Assembly: GCA_023334545.1 (NCBI GenBank)
Contig: JAADVB010000030.1
Coordinates: 1 to 64,000 of the forward strand
DNA from: Salisapilia sapeloensis CBS 127946
Lineage: Eukaryota; Protista; Oomycota
Length of the DNA stretch: 64,000 nt
Direction: 5' to 3'
Shown: positions 23,388 to 32,576 of the stretch, piece by piece
Layout of the letters: the number at the start of each line of letters is the position of its first letter
Position numbering within the stretch: position 1 is the first letter of the stretch
Position numbers and translations under genes: made by a program
The notes under the pieces: generated by a model
The model's input: the letters and a program-made list of their open reading frames with translations, nothing else
Databases searched by the model: none
What the model was told of the DNA's origin: nothing

Positions 23388-24053
23388 ATGGCCGCGTCGT
23401 GTGCATTTTGCTGCTCGAGCGCCAGGACGAAGCGAAGGATGCAGTTCGAAGGGCAGTTTGAGCAAGTGCAAGAGCTCTTCCCGGGCACAGATTATGTGTG
23501 TCTACTAGACGCAGAGACTGGCGAACTCATGTAGGTTTTAGACAAGTATAGAACGACTCGTCAGGACGTACGAGACGTTTATCATGCATTGCATTCCACG
23601 TGATTTACATGCTCCCTTCTACTCGCTAGTGCCGAATCGGACGTCGCAGCAGCCATCTCCGAAGACTTTGCACGCACTATCCTGAACTTGAAACGGGCAG
23701 CCATGCAATTCGGTACGTACCGACCTCGATAACCGATACAACGTATCAACACGAATGTCCTCGTAGCTGCCAGTTTGAACCAAATGGATTCCCAGACCGT
23801 CCACATCAAGTCCGAGACGCGAATGTTCTCATGCTACGGTGCCACTGGAACTGTGCGTACCATTCAACCTCATCTCTATCACGTACTTATCTCGCTCTAG
23901 ATCCTAGCTTTCTACACGGAAATGGACGAAACCGAGCTCGAGCTCTTCGACTGCAGCATTCCGGATAAACGCATCGAACCCATCGTGTCCGACCTCGCAC
24001 GTCTCGTCCAGACGAACCACCGACGTCGCATCAATTCCGATGAATGGTCTTAA
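23388..24053 (+). CDS. Small 4-exon gene (154 aa), predicted Roadblock/LAMTOR/MglB-like fold
   Basis: Exons 23388-23530, 23630-23712, 23767-23852 and 23901-24053 total 465 nt and stay in frame; all introns are GT-AG. Absent from the ORF track. The fold call is inference. Confidence 0.65.
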
Positions 24054-24120
24054 ACGAGCTCGAAAGAAAAAGAAAGAGAGAAAATGGATTTCACAATATT
24101 TTATACAGCTCCGACGCACT

Positions 24121-24798
24121 CTAAAACCGTTCGTTCATGCGACTCGCTACGTTCCGCATCTTGTTGTACACTTTGCCAGGAGGGGCACCCATGATCAAGG
24201 AGCAAATGGCGTCTCGAGCCAGTTTGATGTTCGCAAAGGAGCCCAAGATGTGAATCTTCTGATCCGCGAGCACGATTCGCGTACGCGTCGCGTTCTCAAT
24301 TGCGTACTTGGTCTTGCCATCCTGTCCGGCGACACGTCCAATGGCTCGACTCAAGTGGTCTCCTTTCAGCATCTTGACGTCGTTTACTTCGAACGTGTCG
24401 ATGAACAAGTCTTCGAGACGCAATAGCGCCACGGCGTCCTGCACCTCAAAGCCCATCATGTACGCCTCGACAAAGTCCGCAGCCTTTTGCAACGCGCCCG
24501 TGTCCGTTGTCTCCGGAGAGTTCTTCAGCTCGACACATCGAGTCTTGGTGTTCATACGGATCTGGAGTCTTAAATGCTCCACGATTGGCTTCATCAAGTT
24601 CGCCCAGTCCTGCTTTAACGGCGTGTACCGATGCGGTGGCACTCGCACACGTCGAAAGTCATTGCGACTACCAGCCACTTGCTGTGCATTCAAAGCTGGA
24701 AAGTTGGGACGCACATCCGGCGTTTCCACCTCCATATCCTGACTCTGCGTCGCCGCAGCGATCTCTTCGTGATGCACAACGTCTGCCTCGACTTCCAT
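24121..24798 (-). CDS. PNO1: Pre-rRNA processing KH-domain protein PNO1/Dim2
   Basis: VPPHRYTPLKQDW, LRLEDLFIDTFEVNDVKMLKGDHLSRAIGRVAGQDGKTKYAIENATRTRIV and GAPPGKVYNKMR. Confidence 0.97.
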   Translation of the reverse strand: MEVEADVVHHEEIAAATQSQDMEVETPDVRPNFPALNAQQVAGSRNDFRRVRVPPHRYTPLKQDWANLMKPIVEHLRLQIRMNTKTRCVELKNSPETTDTGALQKAADFVEAYMMGFEVQDAVALLRLEDLFIDTFEVNDVKMLKGDHLSRAIGRVAGQDGKTKYAIENATRTRIVLADQKIHILGSFANIKLARDAICSLIMGAPPGKVYNKMRNVASRMNERF

Positions 24799-24918
24799 TT
24801 CGCGTAATGTCGTGCTCTTCCTTGACTAGCAAAATGGCTGGAGGCAAACGTTCATCCAATCAGCGTGTCCGAAAATGAATTTCAACCAATGAAAAAAGCT
24901 ATGATCTTGAAAAGGTGT

Positions 24919-26130
24919 TTAATCTGATTTGAAGAGAGTACTCGTGTACTTGGCGTAGGCGAGGAGCACGAGTACCGGGGACACGCCGCCCGCAAAGACA
25001 CAGACAGACCAGACAAGCTGATCGAAGAGCCATACGATCGCCACAGTTGTCGAAGTGCATGCGAGACTGAGCAAGGCGCATGTCAAGTGCTTTTGGACCA
25101 GCTCAATCGGAGCAAAGTAGGACGGTAGGACCCTCGTTCGCAGCACGAGCATCGAGATGAAGCCCAAGACAGCTGCAAAGAGCCGGAAGAACCGCGTCTC
25201 TCGGCTCTTTACGCTCACTTTTGCATTAAACATGTCCTCTGCGGACATCACGCCATCTTCCAGGAGCAAAATGCGTTCGCCCTCGATCGTGTCAAACCCT
25301 TGCACCTCATTGCCCTTTTGCTGCCCACACACAGTCACAGGATACGCCGGCGTGACCTTAAAAGAGATCCGCAAGTCCCCCACCTCTGCCTGCCGTCTCG
25401 ATCTGTCCTGAAAGTAGTAATAGTACTCTTCCTCCTCACTTAACGTCACGTTCATCAGGGCACTCGTGGCCTTCCATTCCTCTCCAATCCTCTGTTCTAG
25501 CATCGTTTCCATCTCATTTCGAGCTTTCTGGTCTAAACGAACGACGTCCTGCCGTGTAATTTGATCCAAAAGCCTATCGTTTAGTAGAAAGTCTCCTACA
25601 GCTACGTCTCCGGCCGAAAAGACCTCCGAGTGGTACGTCCAGAGCTCTTCCGGAGGGTTCCAGTACGTCATATCTCGAAACCCGGCGCTATTGACAAAGT
25701 CAGCTCGCCACTCGAGATCGTACATGTAGATCCGTTCACGTGTATCATCCATCCCTCGGTCATCATCCTCTGGACTGGACGTATACGACGTGTGGGATGT
25801 CTCGACCCACTGGTACATTTCCACGATCCGATGCAGCCGGACGCCTCGTGCGGCAATACCGAACGTTGGGTCTAAAGCATGAGGACTACGTGCCTTGTGG
25901 GCGACTGTATTCGCTTGTCTAGCTACTGCATCATGTGCATTGGTGATCAAGCCTGAGAAATGGACGAGCTGACCGTCATGCTCGTCCTTCACGACCGGAT
26001 GCGAGAGTGATATGACTTGCTGTCGACCGATCTCATAGCTCTGGATCTGAGCACGTAAATAGCTTTCTTGATAGACTGTCATGCAAATCGAGGCGGCTAG
26101 TAGACCGCCTCCGATCAAATAGTCCTGCAT
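24919..26130 (-). CDS. TMEM43/LUMA-like membrane protein
   Basis: N-terminal anchor, DGQLVHFSG, DPTFGI...LHRIVEMYQWVE, VGDLRISF, TVCGQQ and C-terminal TM helices. Confidence 0.8.
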   Translation of the reverse strand: MQDYLIGGGLLAASICMTVYQESYLRAQIQSYEIGRQQVISLSHPVVKDEHDGQLVHFSGLITNAHDAVARQANTVAHKARSPHALDPTFGIAARGVRLHRIVEMYQWVETSHTSYTSSPEDDDRGMDDTRERIYMYDLEWRADFVNSAGFRDMTYWNPPEELWTYHSEVFSAGDVAVGDFLLNDRLLDQITRQDVVRLDQKARNEMETMLEQRIGEEWKATSALMNVTLSEEEEYYYYFQDRSRRQAEVGDLRISFKVTPAYPVTVCGQQKGNEVQGFDTIEGERILLLEDGVMSAEDMFNAKVSVKSRETRFFRLFAAVLGFISMLVLRTRVLPSYFAPIELVQKHLTCALLSLACTSTTVAIVWLFDQLVWSVCVFAGGVSPVLVLLAYAKYTSTLFKSD

Positions 26131-26181
26131 GACGAGTGGGAACGAAAATGATGTTCATTTTATTTTGTCTCCTACTGATGT

Positions 26182-27024
26182 CTACGGTACACTTTCGACC
26201 ACCGAAGTCGCGTCCGACACAAGATGCGCCAAGTCGACGTGCTGGGTGAAGGTCTGGATGATAACCTCAGCCTTTTGAATCTCCTCCGATGTTATTTGGT
26301 CACTCGGGTTGATGTCACCACAAGCGGAGACAGCGATCGTGTCGTTCGTCTCGACTTCTGGGAGGAAGCCGTAAAGCTTTTGGTCCGGACGATTCGTACT
26401 AAAGTAGAGCTCGATAAACTCTTTGCACTGGTCTAGGCTATAGAATCCGTCTAGCGGTAGTCGGTTGAATACTGCACCGAGCACTGGCACGCCATGGCTG
26501 GCAAAGAAGGCCGCATTTAGGTTGAATGAGTCTACGGCGTCGCCCACACCTTTCTTCCCAACGAGAAGAACAGGAGCATGGAGTGTCTTGGCGACGTCTG
26601 CATTCGAGACACCGCAGATGGAGCCGACGGCAGGGTAGCCGACGCCATCGATGATGACAATCTTCTTCTCTCGAGATAGTTCCTCGACTTTATTGCGTAT
26701 CTGAGTGAGCAATTCCTCAGAGGACTCGGTCTCTCCTTTCAAGAAGTCACGTGTAAACCCTTTGTAAAAGACTACAGGGCCGATCGGAACGCACGCAATG
26801 CCTTTCGCAGCACAGAACTTGGCAATCAGCTGCGGCTTCTCGCATTGTGTCGCTGGCTTGATATATGCAATATCTTCCGATTTATATCCACTTTCTAGTA
26901 AAGCACCCACGAGGCCTAGACAGACCGTCGATTTGCCTACTTGGGCCCGATCGCCACTCACGAATACTCTTATCGCCATATCTATAGAACGAGTATGGGA
27001 GTAGACGGGTATGATTCGTACCAT
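26182..27024 (-). CDS. Stand-alone BioD-like/phosphotransacetylase-N P-loop protein (AAA_26-like)
   Basis: RVFVSGDRAQVGKSTVCLGL, IAYIKP, VIIDGVG, SNADVAKTLHAPVLLV and LGAVFNR. Intronless. Confidence 0.8.
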   Translation of the reverse strand: MVRIIPVYSHTRSIDMAIRVFVSGDRAQVGKSTVCLGLVGALLESGYKSEDIAYIKPATQCEKPQLIAKFCAAKGIACVPIGPVVFYKGFTRDFLKGETESSEELLTQIRNKVEELSREKKIVIIDGVGYPAVGSICGVSNADVAKTLHAPVLLVGKKGVGDAVDSFNLNAAFFASHGVPVLGAVFNRLPLDGFYSLDQCKEFIELYFSTNRPDQKLYGFLPEVETNDTIAVSACGDINPSDQITSEEIQKAEVIIQTFTQHVDLAHLVSDATSVVESVP

Positions 27025-27533
27025 GTGATTAGTATTCGTACCTTATCGAAAATTTCGACCTTTTATTAAAATGATGGAAAGAAGAGAAATTAGCATCAAA
27101 ACCGAGGAATTAGTGCGCTTCAAGTCCACATTACAGACAGAGCTTTGTGATATGCTCGTATCTGTTGGAGAATCGGCTCATCAGAATAAGTTCGAATGTA
27201 TTCGCCTTGTAGACGACTGCCATTTCGATCCGACTTTCAGAAAGACAGTACACTTGACTAATAAAAATGAAAACTCATCCCATTTACAGGGTGCGAAAAG
27301 TTACAAATGAGACCTCCCTTGCTTCGTCTTCCTCGATCCAATTATCCGACCCATCTTTAAGATCCAGTCTACGTAGAGAGGCAGCGCAAGCCTCGCTCGC
27401 TCTGTGATGAAATCAGACGCTTTGACCGGCATCAAGCGACGTGACAGCTCCAGCCGACAGTTTGACTGGCGTAAAGTATAGTGTGGATCCAGCCACTTCA
27501 ACCAGGCTTACGTAATCGCCATTTCGACACAGA

Positions 27534-28666
27534 ATGAATACCGACGACGCAGCGCTGCTTTGGCCGGACCGGCGGCTGCATGCCGTCGACGTCGAGCTCT
27601 TTTCGTTCTACTTTCTCATGGCAGAGTCGCTCTCAACCTTTGTCGGGTACAGAATCGCACAGCATTGTCTCCGTGGCTGCCGAGTGTGGTTCCTATCGCC
27701 ATCGAGTCGCATGGCCATTGGCGTCGTGTACTGCGTCCTCAAAATCCGCATCATCGACTATGCCTTCCGAGACTCAGCCTACTTTATCTGTTCGCTCATG
27801 ATCATGGTATGGTACTTGATCTACGCTGTGCAGGCGCTTGGATTTCACCAAGGTCCGCTCCAATTTCTATTCTTCGACTACCTGCCCAAGAGTCAGATGA
27901 CCCAATGCGTCTACGACCGAGCTGCGAATGTCTGTCGGCATGTGAAGAATCGACTCGAGTACTACGTATTGCAGCAGATCGTCGACGTCCCGACGAGCCG
28001 ACATCTCGAGTCGAGTGATACGCAATCATCCAGTATCGAAGGCAACGTCGCTCGCCTCGCAATTTGCTTTGGACGTGAGATGCATGTAAATATAGAAGAA
28101 TGGAACGGATGGATGCAGCACAATTGGCTCCAGCCGATGGTCACATCCGGTCGAAGTCGTGCCGTCCACCGCGGTCCACCTGTTGACGCTTTCGAAGCAC
28201 GTTTCGTCTTCCTCATGCAACGCAATGGACTCATCCTTGCTATCTTTCTAACGGTACTTTATAACTCATATCTACGTCTACTACTAGGCTAACATGCTTC
28301 TAGCACCCGACAGCTACGCTGATGGAGAAACTGAGCACCAAGGACGCGACGCCGTTTGAGCTGGTCGTGCGATATCATTGCCAGACCTCGAGAGACCTGG
28401 AAGACACGTACCCTTATTTCTTATATGCGGAAACGCCGATGCTCGTGGGCGTCGCTGGATCCGGCCAGCGCGCAGCGACCTATGAACTGCTAAAGGCACT
28501 TAACGCTACTTTGGGGTATGTCGTCGATGTCCCGTTGCGATCGCTTCGGACGAAAAACTTTATTGAGGCCGGGGTCGGGTTAACATCCAAGAAGGATGCC
28601 AAGGAGAGGAAACGCAAGGCACAGCGACCTACTCTGTCGATGAAGATGGCCGAGTCACTCGGATAG
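27534..28666 (+). CDS. Uncharacterised membrane protein (2 exons; intron 28254-28303)
   Basis: ORFs 27534-28292 and 28322-28666 join in frame via a 50-nt GT-AG intron with a CTAAC branch site. Several hydrophobic helices. Confidence 0.65.
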
Positions 28667-28948
28667 ATCCGCATTCTCGAAATGTACCATTAATACTTAC
28701 ATATAAAAAATTAGTTTGATGTTGCTTTTGCTACCGATTGGATTTCGACGAATCTTAGTACGTAATCTCTTATTTTGTCGTGTTTGATTGGCTAAAATCA
28801 TTTGTAAGATCTTGAAGAGACGGAATCGAGAAGACATGATCATGGAGCGCTAGATGCCGGTAGCGAGAGTAGAGCTATGCATATTGCTTCGTAAAGAGGC
28901 CGTAGATAGATAGACAAAAAGAAAGAGGCGTTTTATATTGAGTAAACT

Positions 28949-29806
28949 CTAAACTGTCGAATCGAACGGAAGATACTGCTGGCACGTTGCTGCTCCACAG
29001 TGGCATGGCTGGCGGCTGACAGTAGGCTCGTCTCTCTGTCTTTTCATTCCAATGGTAGATGAGCTGCCATAATGGAACGTAAGCTCTGCGTTTGCTTGAA
29101 TGTCACGAGTTGCGAAGAAGACGAGTCGTGGGAGGAATGAGTCGAGTCGGACGGTTTCCAACGTCAACGACGGCTCGCAGCTATGATTGAAAAAGCGAGT
29201 AAAGTTGCCGGTAGTGGTAGCATCTACATTTGTCCTCATAGAGCTGAAAGAGAACTGGTTTGAGGTAGAAGCAGGCATACGCTCCCGAACGGTCAAGATG
29301 TAGTTGAGATGCTGGAGGTCATAAATCTGATAATAACGTCTCGTAGCTTCACTGGACGATACGAGCTCTCCGACGTACTCTCCACAGTACTCGTTTCTAG
29401 CAATGTCCTGCGCTGCAAAGACTCCCCAGCCTCGATTCTCTGTCTTCGCTACATACACACATACTTGTCTACCTTGACGCACTCGCTGTCCATGCATCGT
29501 ACGCAATGCTGCTTCTTTCATATGAATTGGCAATTCATATTCAGACAGTAGATTATGATGTACTATATCGATTCTATATCGAAAACTATGCTTGAGAGTA
29601 ATCGCTTCAATGGAAGAGCAATGCAGTGGAATACATCGAGTCTCCAGTCCGTTCGAAATATCCGTTTTTATAGCTCGGATCCATGTATCAATAACCTCCT
29701 GCATCTCTTTGTTTACTAACAGTAAACTACCATAAGACCGTACATCCACCAGAGCCTCGGTAGATGGCCATGAGACGATCACTTCCACCACCTTGGTCAA
29801 GTCCAT
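28949..29806 (-). CDS. SET-domain lysine methyltransferase (SUV39/SETMAR-like) with post-SET
   Basis: RGWGVFAAQDI, EYVGEL, RFFNHSCEP, ELTFHYG and post-SET CHCGAATCQQYL. The 5' end is uncertain. Confidence 0.88.
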   Translation of the reverse strand: MDLTKVVEVIVSWPSTEALVDVRSYGSLLLVNKEMQEVIDTWIRAIKTDISNGLETRCIPLHCSSIEAITLKHSFRYRIDIVHHNLLSEYELPIHMKEAALRTMHGQRVRQGRQVCVYVAKTENRGWGVFAAQDIARNEYCGEYVGELVSSSEATRRYYQIYDLQHLNYILTVRERMPASTSNQFSFSSMRTNVDATTTGNFTRFFNHSCEPSLTLETVRLDSFLPRLVFFATRDIQANAELTFHYGSSSTIGMKRQRDEPTVSRQPCHCGAATCQQYLPFDSTV

Positions 29807-30614
29807 GTTATGTACAAAGATATGTGGTACACTTTGAGATTTTTATTGGAATAAAGAGTTTCTTTTTCGCCAATAAGCTGATCGACGATGTGCTGGAAAA
29901 GATGTTCAGCTCCCGTCGCTCTCGGCAGCTCAGATGCACCGGTGGAGGTCGCGATCAGGATGATCTCACATAGTGTACAAGAGAGTTGAATTGGAAAACG
30001 ATTTGAACTCCAATGTTTCCACATTTCCACTAACTTCAAGTGCATATTCCGGCCAGAAACCGACGCTTCCATTGCTACGTAAAAAGTACTTGGTCCTAAA
30101 CGTGTAATATCTACTCGCAAGGAATTGTTCTCCGTATCAAATTTATCTGTATTACGAGCAGGCACAAGCATGTACAAACCACCGACTTATACACCTACAT
30201 CAGAAGCGCCGGACCAGTCACTCAAACGGTCACCAAGTCGCAACTGTCGAGTCCGAGCAGCTTGCGTCTTTCCCAGATCTCTAGAACCTTAATTACATAG
30301 AGCGAATAGATCAAATGCAGCGCTATAATCTTCCGTCGACAACTTTTCAATTACCACATACAACTTCATTCAAACCATAGTCAAGTAGACCATCGAGATG
30401 CATGCGATGGAAATGTAGCCGTTGATACAACCGCCAGGCTCCGTTTCAGACGACGGAGATTTAAGTCCAGAATGTGCTCCCAGTAGAAACAGACTCTCTA
30501 CTCCATACGAAACCCAAGCCCAGTCGCTTGACAGGAACATGGCTACACTCGACCAACTACTGGTGCCCATCGTCACTTCCTCTTTTGCCTCGTTGGACGC
30601 AACCTATAGCTCAA

Positions 30615-32462
30615 ATGGGGGAAACTGACACCAAACCGTTGCGTGACGAAGACCAGTACTACCTGCAGGACATGCCGGCCGACTCGAAGCAGTCCCGTGA
30701 TGCTGGCAGTCGCAAGCGAAGCCTATTCGCTCACATCATGCTCGTCTTCCTACTACTCAACGTCATCGTACTCTACATCCTCCACTTTGCCGATCGCGGA
30801 GGAGACACTTCCGACGCCGTCGAAACCAAGTTTGATACTTCCAATGACAACCGAGACGGGGTCACTAGCGCGTCGCCGGAGACTGGACACGCCGTCAGCT
30901 TTGATGACAGTGGTAACCTACGTCTAGGCGCCGGTTCGTCCGTCTATCTATCCGCAGGAGACCTTCCTTCGAATGTCAAAACCTCGTCCTTCATGGTTCT
31001 AGCTCCCATGGGGTCTGCTCATGAGGTCCACAGCACTAACCTCCTGGCCTACGCAGTCACGTCCGACAGTGGAAAGCAGGAGAGTGTCGTCACGACTGTC
31101 AAGACTGATGCTGCCGGCAAGAAGCTGGACGTTTCCGAGGACGGCAGCTCCGTCAGCGGTACATCCGTCAAGGACGTTGCCTCTCTCTCCTCCTCCCTCG
31201 CCGTCATGGCCAGTGCCACCACCTCGTCCGACGGCATGAGCGTTACAACGTTCATCTACCCCATCTCCTTATCCGACGATGGCGTCAAGATCATGGAAGA
31301 CAAGGCAACGGAGGCAGCGAATAGCATTACCAACTATCTCCTCCCGCTCACCGAATCGACGTTCGCTCTCATCTACTTTGAAGAGTATTCGGCGGACAAA
31401 GACTACTTCCAACGTGCTGTCGTCGGCTCTGTCGAAGATGATAATATCGAAATGTCCGACTCGGTCCAATTCGGAAAAGGCAATAGCATGAGCGCGAGCA
31501 CGACGTTCGGTACGCCGCAGTCGGTCTTTAAATCGTCGGACCTTGCCTTCGTCGTCCCGTGGTTCGTTGACTCTGCTATGCCCAGTGGCAACGACAGTGA
31601 CAGTGACTCCCAGTCCTCTGGTCTCTGTCTCTCCATGTTCACGACAGGTGAAGGAACCAACGTGTCGGAGCCACAGGACACTTGCACTGACGCATACGAC
31701 CCGGCGTACTTTGTCGAGTCCACCAGAATCTCCGAGACACGACTCGTCCTCGCCTTCTTCGACAAAGCCAACGGCTACGCGCTGACAGTCGTGTCCGTCG
31801 AGTTCTCTCCGATTTCCCAGAAACCTACCTTCCGAGGCTCGTACGTGATCGAAGGAGCCGCCGGAGCGTTCGACTTTGGCGCTTCAAGTGGATTCTACCC
31901 CAAGCCTACTCTCACTGCGTTTGGCGACCAGCGTCTCGCGGTTGGATTCATGAACCCTTCCAACAGCGGCAAGCCGAGTGTCCAGGTCCTCAAGTACTCT
32001 TCGGATCAGTCGTTCCAGCAAGTATCTCCAGTCCTTCCCATCTCGAACGATGACTTCTCACTCACGTCGGCTGACCCGAAGGCCTTCGGAAGCTTCATCA
32101 TGGACGTTCTGCCGACTGCTGACGGGTTCATGGTTTCTTACGCTGGGTCCTGGGCGAATAACCCGCCGGCGCAACGTCTCGCGTATGTCGAGTCCATGAA
32201 CCGAGCTGTGGGCATCGTGTCCAATGCCGATGGAGCGGATGTCAAGTTCGTGAGCTCCGGGACGTTTGGCATGGACGAGTCCGTCGTCGCTGGAAACGTG
32301 TACTATGCAGCTACTAACGGACAGTTGTACGCGCCATCGACGTCGACTAGTGGTGACATGTACGTCTTGGCGGATGATAACTCGATCGTCATTTCCAAAG
32401 ACGCTCTCGTCGGCTACGCAGTGAACGATAAGAGCTTGTTCGTGGCGCCGACGAGCAACTAG
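30615..32462 (+). CDS. Type II membrane protein with large Ser-rich beta-repeat ectodomain
   Basis: First plausible ATG is 30615 (MGETDTK). A single TM follows (FAHIMLVFLLLNVIVLYILHF), then about 550 aa of beta-strand-rich sequence. Intronless. Confidence 0.85.
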   Translation: MGETDTKPLRDEDQYYLQDMPADSKQSRDAGSRKRSLFAHIMLVFLLLNVIVLYILHFADRGGDTSDAVETKFDTSNDNRDGVTSASPETGHAVSFDDSGNLRLGAGSSVYLSAGDLPSNVKTSSFMVLAPMGSAHEVHSTNLLAYAVTSDSGKQESVVTTVKTDAAGKKLDVSEDGSSVSGTSVKDVASLSSSLAVMASATTSSDGMSVTTFIYPISLSDDGVKIMEDKATEAANSITNYLLPLTESTFALIYFEEYSADKDYFQRAVVGSVEDDNIEMSDSVQFGKGNSMSASTTFGTPQSVFKSSDLAFVVPWFVDSAMPSGNDSDSDSQSSGLCLSMFTTGEGTNVSEPQDTCTDAYDPAYFVESTRISETRLVLAFFDKANGYALTVVSVEFSPISQKPTFRGSYVIEGAAGAFDFGASSGFYPKPTLTAFGDQRLAVGFMNPSNSGKPSVQVLKYSSDQSFQQVSPVLPISNDDFSLTSADPKAFGSFIMDVLPTADGFMVSYAGSWANNPPAQRLAYVESMNRAVGIVSNADGADVKFVSSGTFGMDESVVAGNVYYAATNGQLYAPSTSTSGDMYVLADDNSIVISKDALVGYAVNDKSLFVAPTSN

Positions 32463-32576
32463 GAGCTTGTTATAGAGCAGATTTAAGGTCTAGTGGTAGC
32501 GTGTACTGGACTACGTCCGAAGGATCTACTCGTGTGTACTGGATAACTCAATCCAATGATCTGATTCTCTTCATAC

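Noticed and set aside
28730-28930. Two ATTGG boxes and a C-box-like ATGATCA between convergent genes, as a possible snoRNA
   Set aside because: No convincing C/D box pair or terminal stem.
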